Positions 53,401-64,000 of a DNA stretch of 64,000 nucleotides are shown here, piece by piece. The notes under the pieces are model-generated. The model did not search any database and had not been told where the DNA came from. It saw only the letters and a program-made list of their open reading frames with translations. Both the position numbers and the translations under genes were made by a program. Position 1 is the first letter of the stretch. The number at the start of each line of letters is the position of its first letter. Origin of the DNA: Callorhinchus milii (lineage: Eukaryota); NCBI RefSeq assembly GCF_018977255.1, contig NW_024704742.1:90956001-91020000 (forward strand), written 5' to 3'.

Positions 53401-54049
53401 AAAAAAAAGTTGTTTGTAGTCTTAATCCTACCCCCTGAAGACCCAATAAAATAAAATAAATTCAACACCAGCTGTGTACTGTTGCAATTTATAGGGCACT
53501 ACTGTACAGTCAAAACAAGTGGTTGGTAAAGAACCCTTCATTTGTAGAGAGAGCAAAAGATCAAGGAGACACAATGATGTGAATTTGACCTGTTTGATTT
53601 GTACTTCCAAACATTTTTTTTATTTGTAATACAAATCATGGGAGTCAAACACAAATACAAAAAAAAATGTTGTGTCACACGCTTTTCTTGGGATGAAGAC
53701 ATTGCCCCCTTTAACACAACAAATACATATTGGAAATAAATTGAGCAAAGTAAACCCACCAGACACCCCATGCTTTTAAGTGAGTTCTGAATGGGAGTGA
53801 GGTTATAGACCTTTGAACTTCTCAGGCAGTTGAATAGGCTGGTGGATGGTCTTAAATATCTGTCAATCTCTACAGTTTAATCTGCTAATACACAGTCATA
53901 TGCTTTACATTAATTCCTGCGGGTCGCTTTGAGGTGTGATACAGCACCAGGACTAACCCGGGGATTGTTATTATTTATATGCAATGTTCCAAAATGTTTT
54001 AAAGTGGAATTTAAAAAAATAAAATAGGCGGTTTCTCCATGTGCTTCTT

Positions 54050-54540
54050 TTTTAAATGTGGAAAACAATTTCAGTGGCTGCGCTGCAGCATTGCCTGTGC
54101 AGCAGGAGAGCACAGAGTATTAAGTGTGATTGCGCTAATTGGGGGTAGACTGCAGCATTGTTGTCTGTTCTGTTTTATCAACAGTGGTATTTAAGTGATG
54201 ACACACGGTAATTTGTTCATCCTGCTGTCAGCATAATTTACAAGGTAACGGGAGATAAATATATCTGTGTAAGATTCATTTACAGTGACACGATGGCAGT
54301 TACACAACGCAGACGCTGCACAGAACCCTGACTTTGAGATAAAGTGGACCTGGTGACTTATGCAGTAATTATGGCATAATTGTCATTAACCTCACAAACA
54401 GTAGTTTACCCATATTGTTTAAAAGGCTCCAGGATGCGTAATGACAAGGCAATCTGTCAAAGCGCTGGGGGAAATATTAATGAGATTTGTGGAGAGCTGT
54501 ATGAAAATATGCAGAACCTGGCTGAATTACATTAATGGGA
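54050..54540. promoter_or_regulatory. Candidate conserved non-coding element (enhancer-like)
   Basis: Repeat-free block dense in TAAT/ATTA and TGACA/TGTCA motifs, inside a developmental transcription factor intron. Conservation not checked. Confidence 0.45.
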
Positions 54541-56239
54541 AGGGATGGGGGTGGGGGGTGGGGATGGCTGAAAAGACACTTGCATTGGCTCCTCATGGTA
54601 TGTTTGCATGTTGCTGAACACCTTCTGGTGTTGTAGCCTGAACTACCCAACAAATTAAAACTGTATTGAAGAGTTCCACAAATCTTTTTTCTTGCTGGTG
54701 AGGTTGCCCTGAACTAGCCCCCCCCCTCACACACACACACACACACATATAGGCACACACACAGCTAAGCATACATACATGCACAGGCAAACACACACAC
54801 ACACACACATATACACTGGGCATCGAGGCTTTCTCTGGGACTCAGTCATTATGTACCCCATTGCATTGTGTGCCATGTGCTCCCCTGCTCATACTCTGTG
54901 ATACCCCAAGTTTCAGATGAATCCAAACTCACTTAATGGCTCTGACGTTGGACTTAGCACTAATAGGTATTATTATCACAAGGTATATTCAGTTGTTAGC
55001 TGTTGGACTGGAGTTCCATAATATAATATTGCTACACTGGGGTCTAATATGGGAGCATCAACAACAACAGGAACTACAACTTGCATTTATATAGCGCCCT
55101 TCATACCGGGTAGCTTCCTGTCATACTGGGAATTGGTAATAGCCAGTAAAGAGATAAGTGTGGTGCCAATGTGTGGGAATGCTGTGCTTGTGCACCCGGA
55201 ATAAACGATGGAGTTGCAGCCAGTCGGTGTGATGCTGTTCTGGTTGTACCATTAGGATTAACCGTTTGTGACTCAGTCACTATTACTGACTTTGATTACA
55301 AATTGCTGTATATTAGACACCCACCCATGTCCACCTCCTGGGACAGGTGGTGGATAAGGCAGCACACTTTAGTTAGTCACTCTTGAACTGCTGGGACCAG
55401 GGAGAGATTGCTTTTTGATGTACGTGTAAAAGGAACATGAAATTCTGAGTTTACCATAGCCATTAGAAATCAGAGAGGAGTATTTGACTCTGAATCGGTT
55501 TCTAGAATGTCTTGGCTACAACTGTTCCAAATGATCTTAAACACTGCTAGTTCTCTGCTGGGGAACCACACCAGTGGATGCATTTGAATAAACTGCCTAT
55601 TAATATCTAATGGTGCTGCACAATTTTATCTTTTTTATTTTCTTATTGACAATGTCTCTTCTTGCTTGTACTTAAACAATATGCTAAAGCTCTTCTGAAC
55701 TCTCAACAATACGCTTTAACCTGATTTAAGAAGAATCCTTTTTGTGGCATTCATCTCTTTTGGAGTCCATTCCTAGGAAGCAATTATCTGTTCTTGGCAT
55801 AAGAAAGCACAAAACAAAATAAAAGGTTGTTCACTCCATAAAGCTTGTGTCTTTACTTGACTATTTGTTACTTTGCCCTGTCACAGTTTAACTTCCTGTG
55901 GGAAGATTCTGTATAGTGATACTCCTGATCCCCAAAGGTAATCCACCAAATTTCCAGAATATCTCCACCTCTCACCTTGGCTGATTTCCCTCCACAGATG
56001 GAGCCGTAGCAAGACTCTCCTCTGCTGCCTTCCCTTGCCCATGTATGATTTAATAGAAGCAGTAATACGAGTGGAGAAAATGAATGAAATGGTAACAAAC
56101 GAGAGGCAAAGAATAAGAGACAAAAAACAAACTGAAGAGATTAAAAACAAGTTTTTACCTCAGCCTTCCTTTCAAATCAGGCAACATACAGTATTTTCCT
56201 TATCTCTGTAATAATCCTGTTTTAGACTTTTTTTTAGGA

Positions 56240-56465
56240 AATCGCAGAATTTCTACACCATAGAAGAAAGCTGCTCGGCCCATGTCTATGCTGTGCTAGC
56301 TTCCCTGCTGGAGCTTTCTCCTCTAGTCCTAATCCCCTGCTCCACATTCCCTTTAATATTATTTTTCCCTTGAAGTATTTGTCCAATTCCCATTTAAGAG
56401 CTCTTATGGACTCGGTTTCAAGAGACATTTCTGGTGAAGCATCCTGTATTCTAATAGCCCTCTGT
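56240..56465 (-). mobile_element. CR1 LINE 3' fragment
   Basis: ORF 56234..56428 LKWELDKYF motif plus a CR1-type 3' UTR. Confidence 0.7.
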
Positions 56466-56920
56466 GTGCACGCGTGTGTGTATTCAATAAATTCTGCTAG
56501 CCTCCTCCTGTTTTCCTCTAGTGATAATCCTTTATCAGGTTAGCTTTACAGATAGGCAGCTCTGGGTTAGCAAGCTGTTAGAATAACCAGTAATGAAGTA
56601 CAATATTAGATACAGTGCAGCTGTTCATTGTCACAAAACCCAGGAGTGTTTGGGGCTGTAACCAGCAGGAAACCGTTCTCTACCCAGATGTGACTGCCCC
56701 ACATACCCTACCCCCCTCCCCCCAACCCTAATCCACTTTGATAAGCAGGAATGACAACAATAACCAAGAAGTTCGAAATTATAAAATTGTGTTATTGCGA
56801 GTTTCTCATCAGTTGTGTAGCCTTGCTAATTGAGAAGAATTTAACTTTAACTAGGAATGTTTGATTTTCAGTTTAAAACTCTGTCTGGTTTACACAACCT
56901 ATAATCTTCGTGGAGTCCCA

Positions 56921-57073
56921 TATTTATTATTGTTTTTGGTTTTGGAGGGATTATTATTAGGCTCTGTGTGGAGTAAGGAAACTTGCCCAAGGTTTCGCCC
57001 TCTGCCTGGAATTGAACTCAGGTCTCTCGCTTGCAAAGCGAGTGCTCTAACCACTGAGCTACAGGATTCCACG
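56921..57073 (-). mobile_element. Young short SINE, 5' half only (3' truncated)
   Basis: Nearly identical to 31884-32033. The Deu core and tail are absent. Confidence 0.9.
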
Positions 57074-59078
57074 ATTTGATTTATTAAACATTTTTCTCTC
57101 AAGTGGAATAAATTTATTATATAAATAAATGATAATAAGTATTAAAAATGAAATGCTGGAATAAATTATTGCCAGCACCTGATTCATTCCACCACGCGTT
57201 CCTGACAATAGCACATCCCACAGTCAGTGCACTCACTCAAATGTATCATCCAAAATGTCTTCTTTCAAACATGCGACAGTTTTGTATAGTCTCTTTTAAT
57301 TAGTTCAGCTTGTACAGATTGAGAAAGAGAGAAGGCTGGCTGGCTGCGAAGGTATGGCAGAGCTGTCATCTCATTTCACATCTTAAAGCCTTTGAAATCT
57401 CTTCAGGTCTGTCACAAGGTTAAAACTAAAACACATTGTGGGACTGTACCCACATGGACTGGACGTATATTTCTGAACTACATATTGCAGATATAATTGC
57501 CCTCCCGAAGAGCAGTTAGAAACAGGATGGATCCCTGTTATGTATAATAGGTCAGGACAGAAAATGAGGTTGTACATCATCAGAGTGGCACGTAGCAGGG
57601 CAGCTGTACCATTGTTCATGTTGTAAGTAGCAGGATTATTCAGTTAAAAGAATTTGCGAGTATAGAGAGATTGACAGGAATTTGCTTAGATCATGACTGA
57701 AAGAACTCCCATCCTCAACATAAGGCTCTGCATTTTGGCACTATTTCTGTCATAAAGCTACTGATCCTTAACTCCTAGTTAATTTTCCACAAAACATTCA
57801 ATACTGCGTGGTGGGGCATTCCCTATGGCACGTTGTATAAAGCACAAAAACATTTGGAGATTCTGTGTATCCTGTATTTTCCTTCCTTATATAGTAACCC
57901 GATTAGACATTTATGTACATGTTGTCTCACGCAGTGTGATACTCAATTTCTCTTGAACATTAAATTATACCAATGTAGTGTTGTGCCTTGAGTGGTTAAT
58001 TGTGAATGTTAATTGGCGATGAAGCTTTAAGGCAACAACTACTTTGCTTGTAACTATTTTTTGTGAGTGGGTGTTGAAATAAATTTGTATCCCTCAACTA
58101 CATGCCTGAAAGATATTGAGGGACATGGAGAGCAACAGAGGTGCAATTTGGGCATAGAACAAGCACCATAAATATAATTCCTGGCAATATGGGATATTTA
58201 AAAAACCAAAATGGGAATTACTTTAATAGTATTTTCTATTCATAATACTCTTTTAAAAAAAAGAAAGCTTGTCAGTATGTTTGACCTGTGTTTGAGCCTT
58301 TTAAACAACTCTTAGATTTCATGCTGTGCTTTTCAATCCAGGAACCAGTTATTATCTTTGTTATGTAAAAGCATAGCACCAGTAATCATTAACAAATATA
58401 TCCCCTCTGCTTTCTAAGTGGTTGGAATTCTCCAAAGATGAAAAGCAAATTAAGCAAGAATGTACAAGTGGGTGTACGCTGACCAGATTTCAGGACATTG
58501 TGTTTAATGAAGCTGAGCCTCCAATGGCAATAAAAGGATGGAGGTGCAAATTAGATGACTGCTGCCAATATCTGCACTGAAGTTTTGTGGCACACCCTGA
58601 ATGCAGACAGAGCCTGGTGCAGAATGTAACAGTCGTCTCAAGATGGGTCACTGCAAAATCAGCTTCTCCTCGACGTTACTGGAGAATGCGCGCCGTCTGA
58701 CTGAGATCTTTAGGAACAAACCTGGGGAGCACAATAGAAACAAAGCAGAAAGGGACTTGTGTTTTTCTCATTTGTAATGATGTCATTACCAGATGGCTGG
58801 GTTCATTCACTTGTGATGTGTATGTCGCTTACTGCCTCTCTGAGTCTGGTTACTCCAATGCTCGCTTTATCTGCAACTCTTCTGCACAGCAGTTGTTCTG
58901 TCAACTTTGTACATTCTTTAACAAAATCACTCTGCATTTGTAATCATTTTTATTTTATACCCAATCCCCATTCACATGTGGTGACAACACCACCTAGCAG
59001 GTCCTGTCTCATCTCAGCATGTGTCTCTTCATTTGATGATTTAGGCCAGTTCGTGATCAGCCTGCTAATTAATCTTTT

Positions 59079-59355
59079 CATGAGGTGCTCCATGTTGGAG
59101 AAAGGTAAAACATGCACATCATTCCTGCTCTTGGAGATGCATGTAGGAAGAAGTGACATGAGGTGGACAACTGATGATTTGGAAATTGGCCATGTTTTCA
59201 TGCCTCTCTATAGGTGTCTCACCAACACACAGAGAGAGGCATGAAAAAATGGCCAATTTCCAAATCAGTCGCCTAACTCGTGCCACTTCTTCCTACACGG
59301 GTGCCCATGATGCAGGAAGTGACAATAGCAACCCTTCCTGCATGTAGCGTGCATG
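59079..59355. repeat. Long imperfect palindrome with a 35-bp near-perfect inner stem
   Basis: 59175-59209 versus the reverse complement of 59233-59267 match at 34 of 35 positions. Outer arms atgtaggaagaagtgacatgag / ctcgtgccacttcttcctacac, with further pairing beyond. Confidence 0.9.
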
Positions 59356-60804
59356 AGTGTAACACAGTAAGTGACGTCAGCAGTCACCTGATGACCCAGA
59401 AGTCAGGTTTTTTTTAGCCAGCACCAGAAGTTAGATGCTTTGCACTTCCAAGTCAGCGGCTCCGCACTGCAAACAAAGCAACACTATGGCAAAGGCCGCT
59501 AGAACAGGGTCCCCCTGTATTAGAAATATTGTGTATTTGACCCCAATTTTAAAAAAAATTCTAAATTGGTTCATTAGAGTAACCACTCTTGAAGATAACA
59601 GACAGCATAAATGAACAAATCCAGGAATTGAAGGGGGACTGGTGATAACACGTTTAAGATTGTTCAAAACAATTAGTCTTGTTCTGCCCTGTCATTTATA
59701 ATATAAAGATGTAGTAAAAAGATGGCTTTGTTAGCAATTAACATATGATAGACCCCATGGCAGCAAAAAGGATTTATTGCAAGACAGGTTGAAGAGAATT
59801 GGACTGAGACCCTTGCTGGTACTCTGAAGTTAAGTTGTAGACTTTGCAAGATGGCTATTCAGGATGTTTTCTACAGCAACAATGGGGAAAGAAGCTCCAT
59901 TCTTCTCCCTTCCCATTGCTCTCATGTTAACAAGATGGACATCTGCTTATTCACGGGTTTACATTTGTGACCTGAACTATGTGACTCTAAGAAAATATTT
60001 GAGATCTAAAACTTAACCAAAAATGTCATCCGTATCCTGACCTTGTGGGAGCATTAACTCTTCAAACAGAATGCAGTGCAATCTGAGGAAGTATATTCAC
60101 ATCAATTTATTTGGTGCTATCTGTCCAGCGCTCTTGTTTATTTATGCATTTGTTGGTGTTGCATAGGATTGGGTCAGAACATTCAAAAAGCTTTTCTGTG
60201 CGTTGGGAATGTAAGCAGGAAATTACTTCAAGATGATTTTCGAGAGCAGTGCATAGAATTGAAAACAGTTTTTCACTGCTGAGCTCGCATAGTATTATTA
60301 GATGATGTGAACACCCTTACTCTGTGAAAAAACATTTTTCATACATTTATGTAACCTTTTTTTCTGGTGTCAATTCTCACCAGGTTGAGATCAACGCGTT
60401 GGGCTTATGCATAATCACAACAAGCTGCTGCACTCTCTGTGATGTTAGCCGGCAGTTTTGTAACAAACCAGATCTCAGGTTGATGCATCACATCTAAAGG
60501 AGCATCCTTCAGGGTACATTCTAAATGCCTTGTGAATATGGAAGGCAGGGAAATGTTTAAAATAATGATCAAAGCCAACTACCCCACCCCCCCCCCCCCC
60601 CCGAATTCCTCCTGCCAGTAATCCATCGGATGTTTCCCGGTAAAAGGTGTGACAGTTTCAGTGTCAAAAGTTTGACTAACAAGAGGCAGCTGGAATGATG
60701 GAGCGGTAGTTAAGCGAGAACACCAATCTGTACCTGATGCATGTGTTATTTAGCAGAAAGCTGCACAGTCAGTGCTGACTTTTGCAAATGTGTGTTCTGT
60801 ATTT

Positions 60805-60905
60805 ATAATAATAATCCCTGCATTTGATATAGCACTTTATCACATCATTGAGATGTCTCAAAGCGCTTCACAGGATACACTGTCAAGTGAATTGACTGTA
60901 TTTTG
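60805..60905 (-). mobile_element. Deu-SINE 3' fragment
   Basis: ataataatccctgcatttgatatagc...aagcgcttcacagg. Confidence 0.8.
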
Positions 60906-62194
60906 TTTCTGAGCAAAATTTGCTTATTTGCTTGGTTCTAGTTTTGAGGCTTAATGAATCAGTCCTGATATGTGTTGAAACATTAGTCTAATTCTTCCCT
61001 GCAGCCCCTACACCCATTCCTGCAAAACAACATACTGATACTGGAAGCAAAAAATGTTTGCTGCATTTTGGTACCACTTTCACCATACTCTGCCTCAATC
61101 ACAAACTCATTGCTGTGGAACTGTTAGAAAAAACAATGCCTTAAAAGGGAATAATAATGCAGGAGGAAGTACTTGGAAAGCAAAGAACTTCCCTTTTATC
61201 TTTGTCACCTGTGGGTTTTTTAGAGGGTCTGCTGCCGGTTAGAATTACCGCTTTGTAACACGGTCCCGAGGAGACTCGACATTCCGATGGGGCAGATGCT
61301 GATCTGTTCTGCTCTGCATTTCTGCTCTGAAGCTCCCTAACCAAGTACCCACTGAATGCTGCAGTTTACGCTGTACTATCTATAAAAGGGTTTGGGGAAT
61401 CACTCTAGATTATGGGATGACTCTTATTGGAAATTGTGCTAAGAGAAAATGAAACTGGAAACATTGGAGGGTACATTTATAAATCAGTTAAAAGGCAAGA
61501 TCGGGAAACTGGGGCTTATTGTTGCTCATTTTCAAGTTCCACCGAAGACTTAATGGTGGAACTCTAATCCTGTTTATCTTTCACATGTTGAAGTAATTGT
61601 TAGTGAATCAATAAAATACTTTACTGCAATGCCCAGTACTGTGTGAATGATTGTAATACATACAGAACTGGGTATAATAGCCTGAAAATCGGAATAAAAC
61701 TCAATGGATTGCAAGGTACACAATCAGATTCAATCAGTTTACCCCCTATTCTCCTCTCCTCTTCTATTCTCCTCTCCTCTTCTTTTTCTGATGGTTACTA
61801 CATGCTTTCATCATCATTGAATTTAGGGATTCTAAAAATAATGAAATAATCAGAAGGTTCAACGGCACTGTGATGTGGAGCCTTTGGTTATTTGCTGGAA
61901 AGTTGCACGTCGGATAGTGATTGAACTGATGAGAATGAGCGATAAACCATGGCCGTGAATATAGACAGTCCAAATATGTCCGGTCCACAAATATCAGGTC
62001 AGAATCAAAAGTAGAAACTCTGAACTTTTGCTCTGCCCTGAACTGAATACAAAAGGTACAAGACTCTCCAGTGTCTCTGCGTTGCGTTGGCTGGGCTATG
62101 GGTCTGTATCTTGTTGAGTTTATCCTGTTTATGTCAAAATGAGTATCAATGCTCTTCCCAACTCCCTCAGCTCCCATTCCCCTCAGCTCCTACC

Positions 62195-62268
62195 CTCAGC
62201 TCGGGTGCTTGTGATGCCCTCCTGATGTGACAGGCGCTATATAAATGTAAATTTGTATTGTATTGTTG
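62195..62268 (+). mobile_element. L2 3' terminal fragment
   Basis: gatgccctcctgatgtgacaggcgctatataaatgtaaatttgtattgtattg. Confidence 0.7.
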
Positions 62269-63708
62269 TAATCATATCCTACTGAGCATCCTCTGCCATT
62301 CATACACACACAACACACATACATTCACCTATAATTAGCATTGGGGAAAAAACTATTTTCTGCATGTTTGTGCCTATTGCAATTGAATCACATGTATTCA
62401 ATTCCTTTCCCCTTTCAAACCATGCAGTAGTCGACGTGTGTATTTGTGTGTGTATGTGTGGGGGGAAGAGATAAATCAGCATTCACATTCCACTGACTCT
62501 TTTTTTCTTTTTTGCTGTTCCTTCTTTATTATTTCATGTTTCAAAGAGTTAATTTGAAGTGCTACATCAATATCATTAATATGTTACAATATTTGTCCAG
62601 AATAAAACTAGAGTGTAACATCAAATTTCCAGTGCTACCTCGAGGCATATAGCAGACTGACATGCTAATATGAAAGCTGCGGAATGCTTTTTAATGTATA
62701 TTTAACAAAGGCTCTAGTGATCATCGGCTACAGAAAATTCTCCCTTTTTCTTTTGTGAAGATGTTATGATAAAAAGGAATAGAACTGTGCATGTGGAACC
62801 TTCATCTCATTTTTAATATTAGCATTCAATTTGGATGTGTGGTAGTTTGGTTCACAGTTAAGTTTGGAGCCTTTCTTTTCTATTTTTCTTTTCTTTCGTT
62901 GGTTCTTTTATTTCTTTCATTTGTTTATTTGTTCGTTCTTTCTTTTGTTCTTACCTTTCTTCTGTTTTTCTGCCCTCTTTCCTATCTCAACAGGAATAAT
63001 TCAGCAGTACAGTATTTGTGTCCTGTCTTAGGTTGTATTATTTACAACAGCAGTGAAATCATATCGTGGTTTTCAGACTGTGGCACCTATCTCGGGAGGG
63101 TCATGAAAACACCCATTACTGAGTTATTTAGGAACAAGAATATCATGAGTGTCCGTTATGTTTTTTTTTCTATTACTAAGAACAGTTAACCACAACAATT
63201 GTTGTTAAATCAATTTTGTTTTTATTACATAGTATTATTTTTGGCCGCACTCATTCGTGTTTGCAGACATTTTTTCTCAGATGCTTCCTCCCATGTCACC
63301 ATATTTGTAAGGATTATAGAAAAGATCCTTAATTTACTTTGAGTCTGCACAGCAAGAGTTCCCATATTAATAAGCAATGTATACTGAACATCTACATAAA
63401 AGCGATCATTGTTTTTGTAATAGCAGAATCTTAGGTAGTTCATATCATTGAGTCCCAATGGCTTTCATTCTGTTTGCTCTGACATTATTAAACTCTGTCT
63501 GTTTCACTATCAGTGAACCTAATTACCACATTTGCATGCTAGAAAAGTTTGCTTTGCGGGTCGAGTGGTATTAGCAATCTTTGCATGTTGCTCCTGGGCC
63601 TCTGTTTCATTAGTGGACAGCGGAGCATCTTCAATCGACTGCCGTAATTATGCAGGATCAATAAGTTTTTTGTGTTTGTCTTTGTTGTTTCTTTGATATG
63701 GCCTGAAG

Positions 63709-64000
63709 GATGCTGCAGGCAAGGTGCTGGACCGCTGGGCCATCATGTCCCGGGAAGAGGAGATCATTACCCTCCAGCAGTTCCTGAGGTTCGGAGAAAC
63801 CAAATCCATCGTGGAGCTGATGGCAATTCAAGAGAAGGAAGGGCAAGCAGTAGCTGTACCAGGTTCAAAGGCAGATTCTGATATCAGGACTTTTATAGAA
63901 GGTAACAACCGTGCCAGAAGTCCTAGTGTGCTGTCTCATCTAGAGAACGGCAATCCTTCCAGTATCCACCATTTTGAAAACATCCCCAACAGCTTGGCGT
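63709..64000 (+). CDS. BNC2: Basonuclin-2, 5' part of the large internal coding exon (partial; continues beyond the window)
   Basis: T-rich tract, then ...gcctgaAG|GATGCTGCAGGC. Open frame to the window end: [97 protein letters not shown]. This is nearly identical to vertebrate BNC2 as I recall it. This frame is absent from the supplied ORF track. Confidence 0.95.

Larger units (their letters stand above)
1..63708 (+). other. BNC2: Long BNC2 intron upstream of the large exon (5' end outside the window)
   Basis: The expected preceding exon (...[36 protein letters not shown]) was not seen. The corresponding intron is very long in other vertebrates. The content is repeats plus non-coding blocks. 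Confidence 0.8.

Noticed and set aside
58759..59244. 161-aa ORF
   Set aside because: No recognisable domain, and it overlaps the palindrome. Likely chance.
63658..63881. ORF-track calls 63672..63881 (+) and 63658..63846 (-)
   Set aside because: These are shadow frames of the true BNC2 exon frame starting at 63709.
1..64000. A novel multi-gene or prokaryote-type system
   Set aside because: There are no operon-like ORFs, intact transposases or viral genes. The window is explained as a repeat-rich intron plus one BNC2 exon.

Overview
This is vertebrate genomic DNA, most likely from a cartilaginous fish. The SINE/LINE repertoire looks like that of a chimaera such as Callorhinchus (inference, not searched). 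The only convincing host coding sequence is at the far end, 63709-64000 (+). It is the start of the large internal exon of basonuclin-2 (BNC2), reading [97 protein letters not shown], and it runs off the window. I did not find the preceding exon, so 1-63708 is probably one long BNC2 intron. The intron contains: tRNA-derived Deu-domain SINEs (young short, older long and still older full-Deu types); AmnSINE2-like relics; L2 and CR1 3' fragments; palindromic MITE-like elements; a 26-bp minisatellite and microsatellites; a CpG/G-tract-rich zone near 51-53 kb; and several repeat-free blocks that look like conserved non-coding elements. The short ORFs in the track are repeat-derived or chance. I found no evidence of a novel multi-gene system. 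The best leads are long hairpins (59.1-59.4 kb, 42.5-42.8 kb), a dispersed palindromic family, inverted or nested SINE arrangements, and candidate splicing signals upstream of the BNC2 exon. Repeat family names are from recall, and repeat boundaries are approximate.
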